DNA from: an uncultured Acidobacteriota bacterium
GTDB taxonomy: Bacteria; Acidobacteriota; JAQAZP01
Direction of reading: 5' to 3'
NCBI GenBank assembly: GCA_963836075.1
Contig: CAWIIB010000001.1
Location: forward strand, 1,824,001 to 1,888,000
DNA length: 64,000 nucleotides
How positions within the stretch are numbered: the stretch's first letter is position 1; each line of letters opens with the position of its first letter. Of this stretch, positions 57,200-64,000 are shown one piece after another. The position numbers and the translations under genes are program-made. The notes under the pieces are model-generated. The model did not search any database. It worked only from the letters and a program-made list of their open reading frames with translations, and had not been told where the DNA came from.

Positions 57200-57859
57200 A
57201 TGATCAGTTCAGCCGCCCTGGATATCATCGCCGGCCAATATGAAGTTATCGGAAATTTGCCGCGGACAGCCCTGGATTCGCTGAGAGCAGAGGCCCGGAC
57301 ATTCCAGGCGTCGGCAGGCACCCGGATGTTCGAGGTGGGTGATCCCTGCCAGGGTTTCCCCCTGCTCATCGAGGGTGAGATACAGGTGGAGCGCATGTCA
57401 GCCAGCGGACGCCGGATTCTCCTGTACACACTGGCGCCGGGAGACAGTTGTATCCTCAGCGTCAGCAGCCTGTTGGGCCAGGGCAGATACCCGGCCAGCG
57501 GCATCGTCTCCGCCGATGCTGTGGGCGCAACCATCCCGCGCCCGGAATTTATCCGTCTCCTGGAGAAAGAGGAGCTTTTTCGAACCTATGTCTTCCGGTT
57601 TTTCTCGGAGCGGATCACCAGCCTGATGTCGCTCATCGAAGACCTCGCCTGCCACAAGATCGGTCATCGGCTGGGGCGCATCCTCGCCGACGGCCCCGCA
57701 AAACTGGAGATGACTCACCAGGACCTGGCCAGCAGGCTAGGCACGATCCGCGAAGTGATCAGCCGCAACCTGAAAGAATTCGAAGATAAAGGATGGATCA
57801 AACTCGGCCGTGGCCGAATTGAAATCATCGACGCCGCCATGCTCAAAAAAAATCGATGA
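57200..57859 (+). CDS. Crp/Fnr family transcriptional regulator
   Basis: cNMP-binding-like domain (SGRRILLY, GDSC) and HTH THQDLASRLGTIREVISRNLK. Confidence 0.9.
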   Translation: MISSAALDIIAGQYEVIGNLPRTALDSLRAEARTFQASAGTRMFEVGDPCQGFPLLIEGEIQVERMSASGRRILLYTLAPGDSCILSVSSLLGQGRYPASGIVSADAVGATIPRPEFIRLLEKEELFRTYVFRFFSERITSLMSLIEDLACHKIGHRLGRILADGPAKLEMTHQDLASRLGTIREVISRNLKEFEDKGWIKLGRGRIEIIDAAMLKKNR

Positions 57860-58014
57860 AATGTATCCACAGTCACTGACTTTTGCCCCGGAAAGACATA
57901 AATATTCCACTACAGCCTGAATCAAACTATTTCAACAGACCGCACCGCAACCGTGCTGTCCTGAAACTTTAGGCATTTGATCATGAATGCCCTTCTGCAA
58001 TACTGGAGTCCACA

Positions 58015-60528
58015 ATGAAGACCGTTCTCCGGATCTTTTTTGTTCTCGCCATGACCGCGGCGGCCATGCTTCCGGCCCAGGCACAGGGCCCCTCCACTGG
58101 GATCGCCGGAGAAGGCCCTGATGGCTACCTGGATGCAGATTTGATCAGACCGGTGTCCGACCAGGATCCTGGTGTTCCCGCCGCCTCGCGCCTGGAGCTG
58201 CCCGGGGACTGGAGCTGGACCTATTACCGCCCGACAAACACCGGCATCCAGGGTGATTGGAGTGGAGCGCTCTGGATCGACCCCGAAGGCGCACCTTATA
58301 TCGCGGCCTACAATCCCTTCTGGGAAGAGGGGGGCCTGGCTCGTTTCATCGAGGCCGAAAACCGCTGGGAGAATTTTTCCAATGTCGACTACCCGGAGAT
58401 CGGGGATCCGGATATCACCGGATCCGCCCGGATCGAGACCATCAGCACCGCCGAGGACGGCTCCCTCTGGATGGTGACCTGGAACTCCGTGCTTCATTTC
58501 GATCCCGACGGCGGGGCGGCCCCCTTCCGGCGTTACGATGAGTTCAACTCCCCCTTGCCGGGCGGCAGGGCCGGAGACATCGGCATCGCACCCGACGGCA
58601 CGGTCTGGAGCGCATGGCAATCGACCAGCGGCGGCGGGGGTCTGGTGCGTCACGATCCGGCCACCGATGACTGGACCGTCTGGGATGCGGTCTCCACCGC
58701 CAACGACTGGCCGGGCTGGGCCCACATCACCCATGCGGCGATCCAGCCGAAACCGGGCGGCGGCTACTACGTTCGGCTGAAAGACACCTTCTACGGTCTT
58801 GCGGTCTTCGACAGCGATACTCAGCTCTTCAGCCTGCTGCCGAGCAGCGGCACACCGGGCGAAATCGGAGGGCTGCTGCACAACAGCGTCGACGAAGCCG
58901 GCAACGCCTGGATGTTCCGGGAGCAGTCCGGCTCGGGTTGGTCCCTGGACTACCGGCGCCCTGACGGCAGCTGGGTGACCCCCCCTGCAGTCTACCCGGC
59001 CTACTATGGACTGACGGCCTTCCAGGCCTTCGGCGACACGCAGGCCCTGATGGTCGCCGCGGGAGCCGAGGTCTGGCACTTCGACGGCCTCAACTGGTCG
59101 AGCCTGGGCGACTGGCCCTCGCTCTCCTCAATCGTGGGGGGACTCGGCATGGATGCAGACGGCAACGTCTGGGTCTCGGGGTCCGGCGGCGCCGCGCGCC
59201 TCGACGCCGGAACCGGCCAGTGGCAGCGCCACCGGATCACCAACTCGTCGCAGATCGACATGTGGGTCCGGGACATCAGTTTCGGGGAAAATGGCGACGT
59301 CTGGGTCACCGGCAACGCCGGTCCGGGCTATGGAGGCTTCGGCGTCTTCGACGGCCTTCGCTGGTACAACTTCAACGATTACACCTACGGCCTGGGCGGT
59401 GACTGGGGCTTCAACACCGACAATACGGACGCCATCACCTATCGCCCGTCCACCGGGGCCGTGGCACTCAATCCCATGTTCAATGGAATCCACGAATGGG
59501 ATGGCTCGGCCTACAAAATGCTCGAGCCCGGATCTCAGATCGACGGCCTCACCGAGGACTCCCTCGGCCGGCTCTGGATCATGGGCAACTACTTCAGCCT
59601 GCGCTACCATGACGGAACCGGCTTCACCGACGTCCCCATCCTGGGCTGGGGCGCCAACGTGGTGCCGGATCCGGACCGGCCGGGCACGGTCTGGGCCTGC
59701 GCCAACGGCGAGGTGGTCCGCACCGATGGCGAGTACCTTTTCTCACGCACGACCAGCGACCTGCCCGAACTGAACCCGCTGCACGACGTCTTCACCACCG
59801 TGGCGGTGGACCGCAACGGCGTGGCCTGGGTCGGCAGCACCGAGGGCCTGTTCCGTCTCGATGCGGAGACCGGCACGCACCAGTGGTGGCACTCGAGCAA
59901 TTCCGCACTGCCCGGCGACCAGGTCACGCCATTGGCGGTGACGCCGGACGGACGAGTGTGGTTCACCAATTTCAACAGTTTCGGCATCGAAGCCTCGCTG
60001 GTCTGGTTCGACGGCAACGAGTTCGGCACGATCACCCGGGACGAGGGCTTGCCTCACGCCCAGATCTACGATGGCGAGGCACGCGCCGTGCCGGGCGGGT
60101 ACGAACTCTGGATCTCCTGCGCCAGCCGCGGCATCGCGGTGCTCAACGTACCCTTCAGCAATACGGTGGCAGCCGGCTACAGCTGCACCCCGGATTCGGG
60201 AACGGTGCCCTTTGCCACCACCATGACCGTCCGACTGGACAACCTGTCACCCGACTCCAACCGCCGGATGGCGGCCCGGCTCGACGCGGCGCTGGCCGGC
60301 GGAATGACCGTCACCGGCTGGCGCAACGGATTCACCAACATCTCCCCCTCGAGCTCGTTCCAGACCTCGTGGAACCAGGCCATTCCGGCCGTCGGCGGTG
60401 TGATCGGCAACAACGTGTTCACCCTCGTCGCCGAGGACGTGACCCCGCCGCCGTTCAACCAGCCGCCGTATCCTCCCGCCGGGGATACGGACAGCGCGGC
60501 CTGCACCGTGACGGGCGTATCGCCATAA
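58015..60528 (+). CDS. Secreted multi-propeller protein (two-component-regulator-propeller-like) with C-terminal NQPPY-GDTD domain
   Basis: Signal peptide; repeated DxxGxxW blades and NSxLP motifs. Confidence 0.85.
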   Translation: MKTVLRIFFVLAMTAAAMLPAQAQGPSTGIAGEGPDGYLDADLIRPVSDQDPGVPAASRLELPGDWSWTYYRPTNTGIQGDWSGALWIDPEGAPYIAAYNPFWEEGGLARFIEAENRWENFSNVDYPEIGDPDITGSARIETISTAEDGSLWMVTWNSVLHFDPDGGAAPFRRYDEFNSPLPGGRAGDIGIAPDGTVWSAWQSTSGGGGLVRHDPATDDWTVWDAVSTANDWPGWAHITHAAIQPKPGGGYYVRLKDTFYGLAVFDSDTQLFSLLPSSGTPGEIGGLLHNSVDEAGNAWMFREQSGSGWSLDYRRPDGSWVTPPAVYPAYYGLTAFQAFGDTQALMVAAGAEVWHFDGLNWSSLGDWPSLSSIVGGLGMDADGNVWVSGSGGAARLDAGTGQWQRHRITNSSQIDMWVRDISFGENGDVWVTGNAGPGYGGFGVFDGLRWYNFNDYTYGLGGDWGFNTDNTDAITYRPSTGAVALNPMFNGIHEWDGSAYKMLEPGSQIDGLTEDSLGRLWIMGNYFSLRYHDGTGFTDVPILGWGANVVPDPDRPGTVWACANGEVVRTDGEYLFSRTTSDLPELNPLHDVFTTVAVDRNGVAWVGSTEGLFRLDAETGTHQWWHSSNSALPGDQVTPLAVTPDGRVWFTNFNSFGIEASLVWFDGNEFGTITRDEGLPHAQIYDGEARAVPGGYELWISCASRGIAVLNVPFSNTVAAGYSCTPDSGTVPFATTMTVRLDNLSPDSNRRMAARLDAALAGGMTVTGWRNGFTNISPSSSFQTSWNQAIPAVGGVIGNNVFTLVAEDVTPPPFNQPPYPPAGDTDSAACTVTGVSP

Positions 60529-60682
60529 GGGAGACATAGTAAACAGACACGTCTCGAGGACGTGAAATCGCTATTGAAGCAAAAGAGAGTAAAACCCGTT
60601 CAACCGATCTTCGTGCGATCCCGGCACTGGCCCTATCGGCCCCGATTGTCCCGATCGCCGACAGTATGAAGGAGTCAGTACC

Positions 60683-62263
60683 ATGCGCACCACCCATTTC
60701 CTTTTCATCGCCATAATGACCGGTCTTGTCGCCATTGCGCCTCCGGCCTGGGGGCAGGTGATCAACGAGGATCTCAAGGTAGTGGGAAGCGGCGGAGCCA
60801 CAGGTGACGAGTTCGGCTATTCCCTCGCCATCGACAACGGCCTCCTCGTCGTGGGGGCGCCCTACAGCGACGACAACGGTCTCGATTCCGGTGCGGCGTA
60901 TCTGTTCCAGGCCTCCACCGGAGCCGAATTGTTCATGCTGACCCCGGCCGACGGCGCGGCGGGAGACGGGTTCGGCTTCTCCGTCGCCATCGCGGGCGGC
61001 ATCGTCGCGGTGGGTACGCCCGGAAAGGGTGACAACGGCGCCGACTCCGGCGCAGCTTACCTGTTCGACGCTTCCACCGGGGCGCAAATCGCCAAACTCC
61101 TGCCCAGCGACGGCGCGGCGGGGGACGAGTTCGGCAATTCAATTGCCATCGATAATGGCATCGTTGCCGTCGGAGCCTGGCGAGCTGACGAGTATGGCGA
61201 CGGCTCTGGCGCGGCGTATCTCTTTGATGCGTCAACGGGGAATCAGCTAGACAAACTGTTGCCGGACACGGGCAACAACTATCAGACCTTCGGCGTATCG
61301 ATCGCCATGGACGCCGGGATCGTTGCCATCGGAGCGCGTACATACTTTGTCCTTGGTGAGGGCTATACCTTTGCCAAAGCGTATCTGTTCGATGTGTCTT
61401 CGGGGAATCAGCTCAACGTGCTTCAGGCGGATATCGAGAACTACAACGGAGATCTGGGTGGCCAGTTCGCCGATAGCATCGATATCGATAACGGCTTGGT
61501 CGCCGTGGGAGCTCCGTTCAGGAGCGTCTTCTTCGACTTCTCTGGCGCTGCATACATATTTGATGCCTCGACGGGAGAGCAACTCCACTTCATCTTCCCC
61601 GCCGACGGCCACGACCGGGACCACTTCGGCGCCTCGATTTCCATCGACAACGGCGTCCTTGCGATTGGTGCGGATGAGGACGACGACAGCGCCTGGAGCG
61701 CCGGCTCCGCGTATCTCTATGACGCCGCCGACTTCACGCTGATCGACAAGCTCCTCGTGAGCGACGGGGCGGAATTCGATCTCTTCGGATCTTCCATTGC
61801 CATCGACAACGGCCTTGTTGCTGCCGGGGCGATTGGTTTTGGAGGCAGCGGAACCGAGACAGGTTACGTGGGCGTGTTTTTTGCACAGCCCACGACCACC
61901 GTCTCCGCCTCGCTGAACTGCCTGCCGTCCTCGGGCATGGTGCCCTTTGCCACCACCATGACCGTGCAGCTGGAGAACCAGTCCCCTGACTCCACCCGCC
62001 GGGTGGCGGCAAAGCTCAATGCCGCGCTGGCCGGCGGGCAGACCGTCGCCGGCTGGCGCAGCGGGTACACCAACATCGCCCCCTCGGGCTCGTTCCAGGC
62101 CTCGTGGAACCAGGTCATCCCGGCTGTCGGCGGTGTGATCGGCATCAACGTCTTTACCATCGTTGCCGAGGACGTTACCCCCGCACCGTTCAATCAGCCG
62201 CCGTACTCTGCCGCCGGGGATACGGACAACGCGGCCTGCACCGTGACGGGCCTGGCTCCCTGA
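60683..62263 (+). CDS. Secreted integrin-type FG-GAP repeat protein with C-terminal NQPPY-GDTD domain
   Basis: RBS AAGGAG; signal peptide; seven FGxSxAID...VGA...GAAYLF-type repeats. Confidence 0.88.
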   Translation: MRTTHFLFIAIMTGLVAIAPPAWGQVINEDLKVVGSGGATGDEFGYSLAIDNGLLVVGAPYSDDNGLDSGAAYLFQASTGAELFMLTPADGAAGDGFGFSVAIAGGIVAVGTPGKGDNGADSGAAYLFDASTGAQIAKLLPSDGAAGDEFGNSIAIDNGIVAVGAWRADEYGDGSGAAYLFDASTGNQLDKLLPDTGNNYQTFGVSIAMDAGIVAIGARTYFVLGEGYTFAKAYLFDVSSGNQLNVLQADIENYNGDLGGQFADSIDIDNGLVAVGAPFRSVFFDFSGAAYIFDASTGEQLHFIFPADGHDRDHFGASISIDNGVLAIGADEDDDSAWSAGSAYLYDAADFTLIDKLLVSDGAEFDLFGSSIAIDNGLVAAGAIGFGGSGTETGYVGVFFAQPTTTVSASLNCLPSSGMVPFATTMTVQLENQSPDSTRRVAAKLNAALAGGQTVAGWRSGYTNIAPSGSFQASWNQVIPAVGGVIGINVFTIVAEDVTPAPFNQPPYSAAGDTDNAACTVTGLAP

Positions 62264-62285
62264 ACCGGCCGGTAACTTGACATAC

Positions 62286-62328
62286 AAAAAGCCCCCGGAC
62301 CGGCACACGCCGTTCGGGGGCTTTCTTT
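62286..62328. terminator. Bidirectional intrinsic terminator
   Basis: aaaaagcccccggac...gttcgggggctttcttt between convergent genes. Confidence 0.75.
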
Positions 62329-62339
62329 ATTACGTCGAT

Positions 62340-64000
62340 TCACTTTTCCCGGCGCCAGCTGCCCAGGGCCAGGCCGGCTGCGAAAAAGGCGACGAGGTTC
62401 AGCGAGAACCAGTAGAGCCCGTCGAAGAGCAGCATGCTCGCCGAGAGGCCGGCCAGGCCGTAGATCATGGCCGTGGCCAGCTGGCGGCCCTGCTCGCGGG
62501 GGCTATGGCGGCGGCGGGCCAGCAGGCTGCGGAAGAGGAAGAAGAGGAAGAGCAGGAAGCAGGCAGCCCCGGTGACGCCGGTCTCGGCAGCGATGCGGAT
62601 CATCATGTTGTCCGGCGTGTTGTACTGCTCGTGGAGAAACTCCTTGCCCTTGTGCCCGCCGTAGTTCAGCGCCTCCCGGGAATAGTTTCCCGGCCCCACA
62701 CCGAGCAGCGGGTTCTGGGCGGTCATGGCCAGCCCGCTCTGCCAGCCGGCCAGCCGCTGGACCACCGCCGCCGACCGCGAAATGGAACCGAGATCGACAA
62801 AGCGGTCCCGCAGCTGGCTGCGGGCCGTACCGGAAACCAGGGCCAGGCCGCCGAGGGCCAGGACGAGGAGGATGGCCGACGCGGCCAGCAGCGCCGGCTT
62901 GCGCCGTCCGAGGAACAGGGCGGCGAAGAGGGCGAGGATGACCAGGGCCCCGCGGGAGAAGGTGAGCACCAGGGCCGCCACCATCAACAGCGAGCAGGCG
63001 CTCCAGAAGATGCGGGACAGGATGCAGCCGCCCTTGCGCCAGCCGAGCCAGACCCCCAGGGGCAGGACCAGCAGCAGGAAAGTGGCCAGGGCGATGGGCA
63101 CCACAAAGGTGGACGCGGCGCGGAAGACCGGCACCTCGAAGTAGAACGGGGCATAGACCTTGAGGATGTTGTGCAGCAGCGGGTTGTAGCCCAGGGCGTA
63201 TTCGGCGACGGCCAGCAGCGAGACGGCGGTGGCCGAGAGGGCCAGTGCCCGCAGCAGCAGGCCGGTCCCGCGCCAGGTCCCGCAAGAGGCGAGCAGCAGC
63301 AGCAGGAGCAGAGCGGGCAGGATGAAGAAGAGGATCGTCTGCAGGCTGGGCAGGGGCCAGGCGGAGAACGTGCCCCCGGCCAGGGCCGCCAGCAGGAAGA
63401 GGCCGAAGGCGATCAGGGCCCGCCGGGCCGCTCCGCCGCCGGGTTCCTCCGCCGCCGGGAATGAGAGCTCACGGCCGATGAGCAGGCGGAAGGGCACCAG
63501 CAGGACCAGCAGCAGGTGCAGCGGTGTAAAGCTGATCCCGCCGGCCCAGGTGCGCATGCCGGTGTAGTGCTCGAAGGGGAAACAGGCGGCCAGCACCACG
63601 AAGAGGACCAGCAGCAGCCGGAGCGGTGTGACCGTCAGCCCGGGGACGGCAGGCCCGCCCCGCTGCCGGCGCAGCCGGCCGATGAGCGGCAGGATCAGCA
63701 GCAGGGCCACGGCGGTCAGGAGCCACTGGTCCCAGCCGAGGCCCAGGGGCCGGGCGCGGCAGAGCTGCAGCACCGGCGCCCGGACCAGCCGGATCCGCTG
63801 CACGCCGGTGCGCACCGGGTGGTTGGCCGGTTCCAGGCGCAGCGCGGTGATCTCACCGTCCCACAGCGGGTGGGAGCCCACATCGAGGTAGTAGATCTCG
63901 TCACCGCCGTAGCGGTTGAGGCTGAACGTTATCGAGCGGCGGCGGCTGAACCGCGGGCCGCTGCCGGTGGCCCAGTAGAACCGCCCCTCCCCCACCCCGC
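62340..64000 (-). CDS. O-antigen ligase/Wzy_C family membrane protein (5' end outside the window)
   Basis: RAASTF, LTFSRG, QRL..W, PLLGVGPGNY and AAETG; many TM helices. Confidence 0.82.
   Translation of the reverse strand, partial: GVGEGRFYWATGSGPRFSRRRSITFSLNRYGGDEIYYLDVGSHPLWDGEITALRLEPANHPVRTGVQRIRLVRAPVLQLCRARPLGLGWDQWLLTAVALLLILPLIGRLRRQRGGPAVPGLTVTPLRLLLVLFVVLAACFPFEHYTGMRTWAGGISFTPLHLLLVLLVPFRLLIGRELSFPAAEEPGGGAARRALIAFGLFLLAALAGGTFSAWPLPSLQTILFFILPALLLLLLLASCGTWRGTGLLLRALALSATAVSLLAVAEYALGYNPLLHNILKVYAPFYFEVPVFRAASTFVVPIALATFLLLVLPLGVWLGWRKGGCILSRIFWSACSLLMVAALVLTFSRGALVILALFAALFLGRRKPALLAASAILLVLALGGLALVSGTARSQLRDRFVDLGSISRSAAVVQRLAGWQSGLAMTAQNPLLGVGPGNYSREALNYGGHKGKEFLHEQYNTPDNMMIRIAAETGVTGAACFLLFLFFLFRSLLARRRHSPREQGRQLATAMIYGLAGLSASMLLFDGLYWFSLNLVAFFAAGLALGSWRREK

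Overview
GC-rich bacterial DNA, probably Acidobacteriota-like. That is an inference from the acidobacterial-type VWA gene, the ECF/PDZ locus and the outer-membrane genes. About 40 real genes are present; most other ORFs in the track are antisense shadows. The window is dominated by secreted and envelope proteins, plus Feo/DtxR iron genes, a YdbH-like/DUF1318/FadL lipid cluster, nth, two PPIases and an M16 peptidase pair. The strongest signal is that eight secreted proteins with mostly unrelated N-terminal domains end in one of two shared C-terminal modules. Four carry a ~120-aa two-Cys 'NQPPY..GDTD' domain that I cannot assign to a known family, and four carry a ~330-aa FG-GAP 'GPHVRG' propeller. 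This looks like a lineage-specific protein sorting or surface-display system. Other notable items: a ~210-nt multi-stem, pseudoknotted candidate leader RNA at 42463-42671; GGGGAC...GTCCCC palindromic elements, one of which supplies the start of a peptidase gene; a mosaic tandem gene duplication; two +1 frameshifts; and an ECF sigma/anti-sigma pair flanked by two PDZ-only paralogues. No rRNA, tRNA, CRISPR array, transposase or integrase was recognised. All family calls are motif recognition by eye, not database searches.
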